Shown piece after piece: positions 9,155 through 18,241 of a stretch of 49,710 nucleotides of DNA; the first letter of the stretch is position 1, and each line of letters begins with the position of its first letter. This DNA comes from a virus (lineage: Duplodnaviria > Caudoviricetes). A program made the translations under genes and the position numbers. Location: IMG/VR virus record IMGVR_UViG_3300017658_000259, positions 1 through 49,710 of that record; one strand, written 5' to 3'. The notes beneath the pieces were generated by a model that was given only the letters and a program-made list of their open reading frames with translations, had not been told where the DNA came from and made no database searches.

Positions 9155-10819
9155 CTAGAGGATGTCCGCGCGCCAGCCGAACGTCGCGCCGCTGCCGCCT
9201 GGCGCCGCATCGACGTTGATCTTGAAAGTGGTCGCGCCGACGTCGCTGACCCAGAATTTGGCGGCATCCGTGCTGTTCGTCGGTGTCACCATGATGTCCT
9301 TCGCAGCCGGCGTACGGGCGAGGCCGTGTGTCACCGTCACGCTGGTGGCAGCCGAGGTCACCGTTGTGGTGCCCGACGCGGCCGTCTTGTAACCGAAATT
9401 ATCGCGCACGATGGAGGTGGCGTTGAGCGTGGCATCTGTCAGCACGCCCGTAGCTGCACCGGAATTGCGCAGCCGATTGAGCGCAAACGTGCTCTCCGAG
9501 AGCGAGCCGCCGAATGCCGCCGTAATCGAGCCGCCTTCGTTGAACACGTGGTTGCCGATGATGTTCATGCCGACGCTCGGCTGCGTGATGTCCACGAGAT
9601 CGCCAGCGAGCGTACCGGTGAAATGGATCGTATTGTCGAGGATGCTCAGCCCCGGGCAGCCAGCTGCGTTGAGCAAGCTGATGGCGGGATTGTCCTTGAG
9701 GAAGAACGTATTTTCGGAAATCTTGGCTACGCGAAGGTTGACCGAACTGTCGGCAGTGATGCACGGGCCGTCATAGCTGACGAAGACGTTGCCGCTGATG
9801 ACGTTCAAGTCGCTCGTCGCGAAGGCGAACCTGACCGCACCGTCCCCGAAGCTGTTGCCAGCGACGGTAAGGCCAATCCGGTTGCCGAGGACTTGGTTGC
9901 GTGTGCCGTTGAGGATGACGCCGGAGCAGCCCGAACCGGTGCCGACGAGGTAGTTGCCGATGATCGTATTGGCCTGCCCAACGTCGAGCGTCACCTCGCT
10001 GTTTTTGTAGAAGGTACAATCGGCGACTGTCGAGTTCGTCATCCGATTGGTGCCGTCCGGCCCCAGGCCGATGCGGTTGTAATTGATCCGGGTGCCCAGG
10101 AACTGGCAGTCGTTGATGCGGCCCTGGATGCCGATATCGTTGGCGCGCACGTCGGCCAGCTTCACGATCGTGTGCTCGTTGATGTAGAGCCCGACGACGT
10201 TGTACCAGATGCGGCATCGGTCGATGACCGGGAACCGGTCATTGCCGGCGCCGACTGCGCCGCTGCCGCGATAAGCCTTGTTGAAGTGGTGTATGAAGCA
10301 ATCGACGATCTGCGTCACCTCGAGCGTCGTCACCGCCGAGAAGTCGATGGCGTTGTAGTCGGTCGTGCCCCCGCCATCGAGCTGCAGGCCGAAGAAGCCG
10401 CCGCCGTCGAACGTCTCGACCGCCCCGGCCTTGAACATCGTAGCCGATGGGCTGTCGGGCAGCCTGAGGATGCTCGCGAGTTGGCCGGCGCCGCGGTAGC
10501 CGACGCCCTCGAGCAGCGCGACGTCCTGCACCACGTACTGGCCGGGCGGGACGAACAGCTCGCCGCCGCCGTGCACGCCCACCCACTCCGTCGCCTCGTT
10601 GAACGCGTCGCTGTCGTCGGTCTCGCCGTCCCCCACGGCGCCGAAGTCCTGCGGCGTCGGCATGTAGCGCTTCATTTCGGCGAGCGTGAACGATTTCACG
10701 TCGTCGATCGACGCCTGCAGTGCCGCGGCGTCCTTGACGACGCGCAGGATCTCCGAGCCGTCGAGCGGCGCGGCCGACGCCTTGGCGATGGTGCTGGCGG
10801 TCAAGGTCTGCGAGGTCAT
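9155..10819 (-). CDS. Right-handed beta-helix tailspike / depolymerase (pectate lyase 3-like)
   Basis: DFGAVGDGETDDSDAF and LFVPPGQY N-terminal motifs, Asn-rich IxxN repeats, C-terminal HGLARTP domain. Confidence 0.85.
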   Translation of the reverse strand: MTSQTLTASTIAKASAAPLDGSEILRVVKDAAALQASIDDVKSFTLAEMKRYMPTPQDFGAVGDGETDDSDAFNEATEWVGVHGGGELFVPPGQYVVQDVALLEGVGYRGAGQLASILRLPDSPSATMFKAGAVETFDGGGFFGLQLDGGGTTDYNAIDFSAVTTLEVTQIVDCFIHHFNKAYRGSGAVGAGNDRFPVIDRCRIWYNVVGLYINEHTIVKLADVRANDIGIQGRINDCQFLGTRINYNRIGLGPDGTNRMTNSTVADCTFYKNSEVTLDVGQANTIIGNYLVGTGSGCSGVILNGTRNQVLGNRIGLTVAGNSFGDGAVRFAFATSDLNVISGNVFVSYDGPCITADSSVNLRVAKISENTFFLKDNPAISLLNAAGCPGLSILDNTIHFTGTLAGDLVDITQPSVGMNIIGNHVFNEGGSITAAFGGSLSESTFALNRLRNSGAATGVLTDATLNATSIVRDNFGYKTAASGTTTVTSAATSVTVTHGLARTPAAKDIMVTPTNSTDAAKFWVSDVGATTFKINVDAAPGGSGATFGWRADIL

Positions 10820-11832
10820 GGGGCGTCATCCTTGAGGTAGGTTTCCGCATCGTCGTCGAGCAACGCGGCGCCGGCATCGGTGAGCGTTTCGTCGGGCCAT
10901 GTCGCCGCCTCGATCGCGTCGCACCAGGCGCCGAAGCCGATGGCGCCGCGGGCGCGGGCCTCGATCTCGTAGCCGGTGTCGGGGTCGAGTTCGGCGATGA
11001 CGGCGCCGGAGGAAACGGCGATCGCATCGCCCCAGGTCTCCGCTCCTGCCACGCGCAATCGCGCTTGGTAGGACGTGGCGCCGGCGACGGGCGCGAAGGT
11101 CAGCTTCAGCGAGGTCGTTCCCAGCGCCTCGACCACGAGCGCGGGCGGTGACGGCAGGGCCGCATTCCATCCGGTGGCCACTTGCGTGGCGGCGAAACGC
11201 AGCGGCGCCCGCTTGCCCGTCTGCCACGGCGCCTGCACGCTGCGCGCCTCGATCACGGCGAGGCACCACGGATCCGCCAGTTGCACGTTGACGCCGGCGA
11301 CGGCGGCATAGGGGATGGTCGGCGCCACCTTGATGTCGAGGGCGCCCAGCGCGCTGGCGGTGCCGCCCTCGGTGATCCGGTGCAGGGACTGCCCGTCGGG
11401 CGGAAACGGAAAGCTGACGAGGTCGCCGACCTGCAGCTTGAAGCCGGATGGCAGCTCGGTGATACGCAGCCCGTCGCGCGTGTCGACGATGCTGTCGAGC
11501 AGCGCCGTGCCGTCGAAGGCGCCGCCGATGGCGCGCGTCAAGCCACCGTAACCGCCGGGATAGGCGCGGGCGAAGCGCTTCAGCGGCTGCACGGCCTTGA
11601 ACAGCCGCGCCCCGCCGGCGAGCGAATCCACCCACGCCTCCCACTCCTCGGCGGCCGCCTGACGCAGCGGCGGCGTCTCGTAGGCCATGGTCCACTGCGG
11701 CGGGGCGATGTTGACGACCTGCTGGCCACCGCGCGTCGGGCTGCGCAGCTGCGCGTCGTCATAGCTCAAGCGGAAGGTCAGCGCCTTGAACGGCAGCGGC
11801 TCGGGGAATGCCCGCGGGTAGGTTATCGCCAT
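10816..11832 (-). CDS. Distal tail (Dit-like) protein with C-terminal fibronectin type III domain
   Basis: Follows the tape measure gene; WEAWVDSLAGG; FN3 signature LDPDTGYEIEARA. Confidence 0.7.
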   Translation of the reverse strand: MAITYPRAFPEPLPFKALTFRLSYDDAQLRSPTRGGQQVVNIAPPQWTMAYETPPLRQAAAEEWEAWVDSLAGGARLFKAVQPLKRFARAYPGGYGGLTRAIGGAFDGTALLDSIVDTRDGLRITELPSGFKLQVGDLVSFPFPPDGQSLHRITEGGTASALGALDIKVAPTIPYAAVAGVNVQLADPWCLAVIEARSVQAPWQTGKRAPLRFAATQVATGWNAALPSPPALVVEALGTTSLKLTFAPVAGATSYQARLRVAGAETWGDAIAVSSGAVIAELDPDTGYEIEARARGAIGFGAWCDAIEAATWPDETLTDAGAALLDDDAETYLKDDAP

Positions 11833-11839
11833 GCGATGC

Positions 11840-13783
11840 TCACATCCCGCCCCGGTCCGTCGCCTCGCGGATGGCGGCGACGGCGAGCTGCGGCACGCTG
11901 GCGTTGGTCTCGGCGATGGCGCGCTTGATCTCGGCGATGCTCTCCGGATAGGCGCCGCGGGCGTCGATGGTCTGGTTGATGGTCACGTTGGCGGTGCCGG
12001 CGCCCCCGAGCTTGTCGTTGGGGACGATCGAGCCGGAACCGGCCGGCATGAACAGCTCGGGGCCTTTCTCGCCGACGAGATAGAACTGCCCGGGATTGAC
12101 GTCGCCGCCGCCGGCGCGGGCGCCGCCGAACAGCGACGCCAGCAGGCCACCACCACTCCCCGACGAGCCGCCGCCGAACAGGCCATTGATAAGCGGGTCG
12201 ATGACCGACTTCTGAAAGGCGATCTGCGCCAGATCGGCGAGGATCGATACCGCCATGTCGTGCATCGTTTCCTTGGTCATCTCGGCGCCTTCCGACCAGC
12301 GGCGGAAGACATCCTCGAGGCCGCGGCCGACGACTTGGCCCGACTGCAGCAGCGTCTGCATGTTCTCGGCCATGTCGACGCGCGCCTGCGTCAGGTCGCG
12401 CACGGCGTCGGCGTTGGCGTTGATGGTGGCGATCTCGTCGGCGGTCGCCTCGCGGTTGGCCTGCCGGATGCGCTGCAGCTCCTGCTCGACGTACGACGCA
12501 CGCGCCTGCTCGGCGGTCGACAGGGTGAGCGCCGCCGTGCTCGCCTCGATGGAGCGCGCCTGGCGCTCGAAGCTGTTATCGCGGTCGCGGCGCAGGCGGG
12601 CGTCGTCGGCCGCCTGTGCCTCGCGCGCCCGGGCTTCGGCAAGATCGTTGATGCGCCGCACGTCGGCGTCGGTGGCTTCGCCGCCGCGCGCCTGGCGGAT
12701 CTGCAATAGCCCGCTCTCGATCGCCTGCAGCTTGGCCGCCTCGCCGGCTGCAAGGCTCATCGCCGCGGCGCGGTTGCGAAGGGTCTGCGTCTCGCGCTCC
12801 ATGGCATCGAAGGTGCGCGACACCGACGCCTCGGTCTGCTTCTGCTTGTTGTAGTCGGCGATGGCGCCCGTTGTGTCGAGATACTCCGCCTTCAACTTGG
12901 CCAGTGCGCGGGCAATCGCCTCCTTGTCGGTGATGCCGGCCTTTTCAAGCTCCGCCTGGGCGCGCAGCTCGATCTTGTACCACTCGAAATCGCCCGGCTT
13001 GCCCAGCATCTCCCGTTGCGCCTTGAGCAGATCGATCTGGGCAACGATGTCGGGAAGGGCGGCGCGCGCCTCGCTTTCGGACGCCCGGGCCAATTCGCGT
13101 CGCTTGATGTCAAGTGTCTGGCTGGTGAGGTCGATTTCAAGCTTAAGTCTCTCGATCTCGTCCTGCACCCAGGGGGCGATGACAGCACCGTTGCTCTGCG
13201 CCGCGCGCGCGTCGGCCTCGATGCTTTTGAGCTGCGCTTGAAACTGCGTAAGCTTGGCCGCCAGCGTAGATATGCTTTGCTCGGATGCCGGCCGCCATTC
13301 CTCGATGCCGCTCTTGGCGTCGCGGAACATGTCAGCGACGTATTTGAGGCCATCACCTAGTGCCGTCGCATCCTGCTTGGCGTCGCGTGCTCCCGGGCTG
13401 AAGTCGTTGAGGAGGCTTTTTGCCGTGGCGACCGTCGATTCCGCCAACTCGGCAAAAGCCCCCTCGAGGTCGTCGAGTTCGTCGCCGGCGCCCGACGCGC
13501 GAATTGTATCCTCGACGAGCCCCCAATTGTCCTTGACGAGCTTCAGTCCGGCTGCCGCCGCCTTGCCATAGGGGCCGAGGGCGCCCAGAGCCGTAATGGC
13601 GAAGTCGACAGTTCCGCCCTTGCTCTTGTCGACGCCCTTGTCGAACATCGATAAGTTGGCCGTGCTCTGCTCTTGGAAGTCGCGCACCCCCTCGCGCATG
13701 CGGGCGAGGCCGGCGCGGAACTCGGAGTCGTTGGTCTCGGCGATCAGCTTGAGATCGGCGACCGACCCAAATCCTTCCTGCAT
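11840..13783 (-). CDS. Tail tape measure protein
   Basis: Long helical protein, C-terminal RAGGGDV..YLVGEKGPELFMP lambda-H-like motif. Confidence 0.9.
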   Translation of the reverse strand: MQEGFGSVADLKLIAETNDSEFRAGLARMREGVRDFQEQSTANLSMFDKGVDKSKGGTVDFAITALGALGPYGKAAAAGLKLVKDNWGLVEDTIRASGAGDELDDLEGAFAELAESTVATAKSLLNDFSPGARDAKQDATALGDGLKYVADMFRDAKSGIEEWRPASEQSISTLAAKLTQFQAQLKSIEADARAAQSNGAVIAPWVQDEIERLKLEIDLTSQTLDIKRRELARASESEARAALPDIVAQIDLLKAQREMLGKPGDFEWYKIELRAQAELEKAGITDKEAIARALAKLKAEYLDTTGAIADYNKQKQTEASVSRTFDAMERETQTLRNRAAAMSLAAGEAAKLQAIESGLLQIRQARGGEATDADVRRINDLAEARAREAQAADDARLRRDRDNSFERQARSIEASTAALTLSTAEQARASYVEQELQRIRQANREATADEIATINANADAVRDLTQARVDMAENMQTLLQSGQVVGRGLEDVFRRWSEGAEMTKETMHDMAVSILADLAQIAFQKSVIDPLINGLFGGGSSGSGGGLLASLFGGARAGGGDVNPGQFYLVGEKGPELFMPAGSGSIVPNDKLGGAGTANVTINQTIDARGAYPESIAEIKRAIAETNASVPQLAVAAIREATDRGGM

Positions 13784-13806
13784 TCTCTAAGCCCCGTGGT
13801 TTCGGA

Positions 13807-14009
13807 TCAGGTGCGCGACGCCTGCTCGAAGAAAGCGTCGAGCGAGGCATCGTCCACCGGCACGCCGCGCGCGCGGCTGTCGCTGGCCATGCGGTTGGCA
13901 AGCACGATGGTGAACTCGGCAAAGGAAGCCGCCCAGAACTCGGCCGGCGCCCAGCCGATCCTGTCGGCGATGGAGAGCAGCAGCTCCCAGTCTAGGCGCC
14001 CGTCGGCGC
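13807..14009 (-). CDS. Tail assembly chaperone, frameshifted (GT) portion
   Basis: -1 frame relative to the upstream chaperone reads DWELLLSIADRIGWAPAEFWAAS (typical GW.P.EFW motif). Confidence 0.75.
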
Positions 14010-14384
14010 GAAAGGGCCGCGGGCATTCCGCTTCTCGGCCTCCGTCACCGACGCCTGCAGGCGGGCCGCCTCGCGCTGGAATAGCTCCGAGCTCATGATC
14101 AGCGACATGGCGAACATCGCCGCCGGCGCGTGACCGTAGACGCCGCGCTCAAAGATCCAGGCGTCGATGGCCTTCGCCGCCGGAGGGTCGGACAATCCGC
14201 GCACGAGCGCGCCGTAGAAGCGCGCCAGCTCGGAGGTGGTGACGATGCCCTTCTCCAGCCGGCGGGCGAAGGGATCGATGGCGCCGACGGCGTTCTCGAC
14301 GCGCCGCGCCATCTCCAGCGAGCGCGGCAGGAACACCTGCCGGCCGGCGATGGTCAACTCGAAGGAATTGTAAAGCTCGTCCAC
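13992..14384 (-). CDS. Tail assembly chaperone (G)
   Basis: Position between the major tail and tape measure genes; slippery site at the 3' end. Confidence 0.75.
   Translation of the reverse strand: MDELYNSFELTIAGRQVFLPRSLEMARRVENAVGAIDPFARRLEKGIVTTSELARFYGALVRGLSDPPAAKAIDAWIFERGVYGHAPAAMFAMSLIMSSELFQREAARLQASVTEAEKRNARGPFAPTGA
14010..14016 (-). other. -1 ribosomal frameshift slippery site C CCT TTC
   Basis: XXXYYYZ heptamer in the correct phase, shortly before the chaperone stop. Confidence 0.75.
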
Positions 14385-14421
14385 GCGTGCCCCCAGCGCC
14401 TAGATGCCCAACCTGTAGTGA

Positions 14422-14886
14422 TCAATCCCCCGGCAGAGGTTCGGGCGTCGGCGGCTCCGTGAACATCAGCGTCGACTGGAAGTCGTTGAGGTTGGTGTTG
14501 CTGCCCAGCGAGCGCGTGAAGCCGAACACGCGCGCCTTGAGGAACCAGGTGCGGCCGTTCCCGCGCACGATCTTGAAGTTGTATGGGTCGTCGCTGTCGT
14601 CCTCGGCGGCCTGCTTGAGCTTGAACTGCCCTTCGTCGAGGAAATCCTTCGCATCGTCCTCGCTCTCCACCGTCTGCCCTGCCACCTGCAGCGAGCCGGC
14701 GTTGCGCACGCCCTTCAGCGTCTGCACGTAATCGTCCTTGAGCACCGAGCCGTCGATCTGGCCGGCCGTGCTGCCGAAATTGCCGCTCATCGTCTTGACG
14801 CCCAGCACTTCCTTGTAGGTGTCGGTAATGGCGTCGACTGCCTTGGTGCCGATATGAATCGTGTTGCCACGCGTCTTGACGAACAT
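14422..14886 (-). CDS. Major tail tube protein
   Basis: LKGVRNAGSL and YNFKIV motifs; GGAG RBS. Confidence 0.8.
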   Translation of the reverse strand: MFVKTRGNTIHIGTKAVDAITDTYKEVLGVKTMSGNFGSTAGQIDGSVLKDDYVQTLKGVRNAGSLQVAGQTVESEDDAKDFLDEGQFKLKQAAEDDSDDPYNFKIVRGNGRTWFLKARVFGFTRSLGSNTNLNDFQSTLMFTEPPTPEPLPGD

Positions 14887-14916
14887 CGCGGTTCTCCTTC
14901 GCCAGTGGTTCTGCGG

Positions 14917-15315
14917 TTAGCGGACGGCGACGACGGTGTAGAGCGCCGTGCCGGTGTAGGTGACGCCGTCCTGATCCTGCGCCGTGTCGGCGCGGTCGAG
15001 ATCGCAGCGGCATGCCGTGCCGGTGTCGAGCGACAGCTCAGCGTCGTCGAGCGCTGCCTCGATCACTGCCAGGATCTCCAGCACCTGCTCCTGGCCGCGG
15101 AAATCCGAATAGACGGCCAGCGCCAGTTGCACGCGCCGGTCACTGCGGTCGATCAGATCGCCGGGCATGGATATGCAGCGGACGAACTGCGCGAATGGAT
15201 ATGGCGCACCGGCCGGCACGTGATCGAACAGCGGCACCGGAGGGCTGAACGCGGCGAGGACCGGCTGCAGCTTGGCGTCGACCGCCTTCTGCACGGCGAA
15301 TTCGATGGAAGGCAT
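14917..15315 (-). CDS. Tail terminator (DUF3168-like)
   Basis: LFDHVPAGAPYPF and IEAALD motifs. Confidence 0.8.
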   Translation of the reverse strand: MPSIEFAVQKAVDAKLQPVLAAFSPPVPLFDHVPAGAPYPFAQFVRCISMPGDLIDRSDRRVQLALAVYSDFRGQEQVLEILAVIEAALDDAELSLDTGTACRCDLDRADTAQDQDGVTYTGTALYTVVAVR

Positions 15316-15824
15316 CAATTCAACCCGACTTTTTCCTTGGCGCCGACGACGAGCTTCGCCCACGAGCGGCGCTCGATGACGCGGCGGATGAAGTTGGCGG
15401 CGGCCGGCCGGAACCACGGCTGCGCCATGCGCGCCGGAATGAAGCGCTTCACCTTCTGCTTGCGGCGGCGGCCGCGCTTGTCGAAGCCGGCGGCGCGTTG
15501 GTCGCCCGGGCTGTAGCCCTTGGTGCCGAACTCGACCCAGTAGAGGTAGTAGGCGGCCGCCTGCATGGACTTGGTGAGAAACCCGAGGCGCCACTGCACC
15601 GTGCCGTTCGACGGCGTGATGATCTTGAGGCGCGCCTCGTCCCTGAGGATGGTCTCGCGCCCGCGGCCGGTGTGCACTGGCACGTTGTCCGCCATCTCCT
15701 GCTGGGCGTTGCGGATCTCCTCGTCGATCGAGGTTTCGAGATCGGCCGCCACCAGCTCCTCGAACAGGTTCAGCTTGGCGATGAAGGCGTCGCCGCCCTC
15801 GAGGCGCGATTGCATGCCGCTCAT
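15315..15824 (-). CDS. HK97 gp10-like tail completion protein
   Basis: VPVHTG, VEFGT, AQPWFRPA motifs. Confidence 0.85.
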   Translation of the reverse strand: MSGMQSRLEGGDAFIAKLNLFEELVAADLETSIDEEIRNAQQEMADNVPVHTGRGRETILRDEARLKIITPSNGTVQWRLGFLTKSMQAAAYYLYWVEFGTKGYSPGDQRAAGFDKRGRRRKQKVKRFIPARMAQPWFRPAAANFIRRVIERRSWAKLVVGAKEKVGLN

Positions 15825-16147
15825 ACGCTGTAGCCGGCCGCAGTCAGCGTGCGCTCCAGCTCGGCGATGCGGCTCTCGATCGGCGCCTTTTGCGCCTCGT
15901 AGTCGTTGGCGACGCCGATGCGCTGCTCGCGCAAGGCGTCTAGCTCCCGCTTGTCGTCGGCATCGCCGCTGACGGCGAAGATCGCGTACAGCTCGGCCTC
16001 GTCCCGCTCGAACTGGCGGTAGGCTTCGCGCGCTTCCTCCTCGAGGTAGGACAGCCGGTCGCGCAGGTCGTACAGCTCGGCAAGCATCGGCTCGTAGTCG
16101 GGCGTGAAGCCGAAGGCGTCCTTGCGGCGCAGCGTCAGCGCGTACAT
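15821..16147 (-). CDS. Acidic coiled-coil protein of unknown function
   Basis: Starts MYALTLRRK; start and stop overlap both neighbours. Confidence 0.65.
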   Translation of the reverse strand: MYALTLRRKDAFGFTPDYEPMLAELYDLRDRLSYLEEEAREAYRQFERDEAELYAIFAVSGDADDKRELDALREQRIGVANDYEAQKAPIESRIAELERTLTAAGYSV

Positions 16148-16482
16148 CAGTCCGTCACTCCGCTTTCGGCGATGATCTCGATGTCCGGCTTGGCTATGAG
16201 CGCGCGCGGGCGCTCGCGAATGTTGTAGCGCTCTCCGCCCCAGGCAATGCGATCCTTGGGCGTCAGCGCCAGCGCCTCGACGGCCGCGGCGTAGACGGTG
16301 AAGCGATACTTCGAGGTGGCGCGCACGGCGCCCGAGCGGTCGGCCTCGCCGCCGCCGATCCAGTCGACCTTGGCCCAGGCGGTGCCGATCGCCGACCATG
16401 CTGCGTCCATGCCGCCACCGGGGCGGCGCGTGTTGGTTTCCCGCTCGAAGGTGACGAGCTCGGTCTTGGCGCCGGCGCTCAC
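16147..16482 (-). CDS. Head closure / head-tail joining protein
   Basis: GGGMDAAW, AWAKV, DRIAWGGERYNI motifs. Confidence 0.85.
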   Translation of the reverse strand: MSAGAKTELVTFERETNTRRPGGGMDAAWSAIGTAWAKVDWIGGGEADRSGAVRATSKYRFTVYAAAVEALALTPKDRIAWGGERYNIRERPRALIAKPDIEIIAESGVTD

Positions 16483-17046
16483 CTACATCCACCCGTGGGT
16501 TCGATACTTCTGCGTCAGCGCCTCGACCGCGAAGGGCATGTTCGGCTTGGCGTCGCCGTCGAGTTCGCGGTTGAAATACCAGTGGGCGCACAGAAGCTTC
16601 ATGGCGTGCTTGAGGTCCGATTCCGCCTCGCCGGCGCCGGCCACCCAGCGCACGTTGACGGCGCGCGGGTGCGCCTGCGTCGCCGGCCAGCTCTGACCGG
16701 GTAACAGCTCGATGGTGGCCCGGACCGCGGCCGGCTCGAAGTGATATGACGACGGCGACAGAGTCTGCTCGTTGCCGTCGCGGTCGCGGTACTTCACCCA
16801 CGCCACGCTGACCACCGGATTGCGCGGCAGAACGATGGCGCCGGCGGAGGGAAAGGCGGGCAGGAAGCCGTCGATGGTCTGCGTCATGAAGGCGGCGCCG
16901 CTGGTCTTCTCGATGTGCCCGCGCGCCGCGACGATGAGCGTTTCGAGGTAGGAGTCCTCGGTGGCGTGCAGCACCTTGAGATGCTCCTTCAGCTCCGCCA
17001 GCGTGATCGGCTCCGCTTCCGGTGCCGTGACGACGGTTGTCAGCAT
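16483..17046 (-). CDS. Head-tail connector (gp6-like)
   Basis: EPITLAELKEHLKV and AHWYFNRE motifs. Confidence 0.9.
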   Translation of the reverse strand: MLTTVVTAPEAEPITLAELKEHLKVLHATEDSYLETLIVAARGHIEKTSGAAFMTQTIDGFLPAFPSAGAIVLPRNPVVSVAWVKYRDRDGNEQTLSPSSYHFEPAAVRATIELLPGQSWPATQAHPRAVNVRWVAGAGEAESDLKHAMKLLCAHWYFNRELDGDAKPNMPFAVEALTQKYRTHGWM

Positions 17047-17116
17047 GGCGTGTGCCCTTCCACAGCCGCGCGGCGGACGGTTCCCCGCGGGGAGCCGCCG
17101 CACGCCAATCAAAACC

Positions 17117-17518
17117 CTACTTGTTGCTGGGCGCCGCACCGGCGTTCTTGTTCGCCTCCGGCGCGGGCTTCTCGTCCGCCCAGGAAGCGACGCCGGCCTC
17201 CACCATGCGTTCGGCGAGGTCGCCCTCGACGGTGACACCCTTGGCGAAGCGGGCCGGCTTGCCGTCGACGTCGAACTCGCACTGCTTGAGGACGCGCGCC
17301 TTGCGCACCGGCGCGGCCGGCGGATCCGCCTCCTCTGTCTTGTCGGCGCTCGGCATGCTAGCGGCGACCTCGTCCTCGGAGGCGAGCACGCCCCATTGGT
17401 TGCGCAGCGCGTAGTCGGCGACGACGCCGTCGACGATGTCGTCCTCCACATAGAGCTTGCCGTAGACCGCTCCCTCTGGAACGGCGGAGAATTGCTTGGT
17501 GACCTTGACCTTTGCCAT
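17117..17518 (-). CDS. Hypothetical head-module protein
   Basis: Starts MAKVKVTK; ends APSNK, as is typical of post-capsid genes. Confidence 0.6.
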   Translation of the reverse strand: MAKVKVTKQFSAVPEGAVYGKLYVEDDIVDGVVADYALRNQWGVLASEDEVAASMPSADKTEEADPPAAPVRKARVLKQCEFDVDGKPARFAKGVTVEGDLAERMVEAGVASWADEKPAPEANKNAGAAPSNK

Positions 17519-17591
17519 GGCTGTGCCCCTGTCGGTGGTGTGTGATGGATGGCGGCCGGGCACGCGGCCCGGCCGGTTTGCGGCGCGGCGC

Positions 17592-18047
17592 CTAGATCGA
17601 CGTCAGCCGGTGCGGATCGGAGAGGATGGCCGTGGCGGCGATCGGCGTCGGGCTATCGGTGTGGGTGCCCGAGAAGTCGGCGAGCAGCGCCGTCCACCGC
17701 TTGTTGCCGATGTAGCCGACCTTGGTGATGTCGGCCGTGGCGTGGGCGGCGGTGAGCGCCTTGACGATGCCGCCCTCGCCGACGCTGCCCGATTCCATCT
17801 GCACGTCGTCGTCGGTGACGGCGGTGAAGTCGCCGGGGAACGTCGGCGTCGTCTCCTTGTCGCTGTGGTACAGCTTGAACTCGATCTTGTTGTTGGTGGT
17901 GAAGCTGATGCCGCCTTCGCCGATGGAGATCTCGTAGGCGAGGGATTCGAACCCCTGCCGGTCGACGACGATCGGCGTGTTGTCGGCGGCGATGGCCGCT
18001 GCGGCGATGGACTTGACGAGCTTCAGCCTGCTGAACAGGTCGCGCAT
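17592..18047 (-). CDS. Putative capsid decoration protein
   Basis: Beta-rich, VDRQGFES and VGYIGNKR motifs; directly after the capsid gene; AAAGGA RBS. Confidence 0.6.
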   Translation of the reverse strand: MRDLFSRLKLVKSIAAAAIAADNTPIVVDRQGFESLAYEISIGEGGISFTTNNKIEFKLYHSDKETTPTFPGDFTAVTDDDVQMESGSVGEGGIVKALTAAHATADITKVGYIGNKRWTALLADFSGTHTDSPTPIAATAILSDPHRLTSI

Positions 18048-18241
18048 GGCGCAATCCTTTCTCTATGGGCGCATGGTGACTGCCCGGAGCAGCCGGCTGC
18101 CATGCGCGGGATGAATGGATGGGTTGGGCTACATCAGCGGCCCGACGTGCCGCTCAGGGCGCAAGGCGCCCGCCACGAGCGGCGGCCGTCCCGTGTGGAA
18201 CGGCCGCCGATCACGATGCTTCTCTCGGCTCGCGTCGCTTC

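Noticed and set aside
2663-10819. Diversity-generating retroelement or invertible fiber cassette
   Set aside because: No reverse transcriptase, TR/VR pair or invertase seen; the fiber's internal duplication is diverged at all bases
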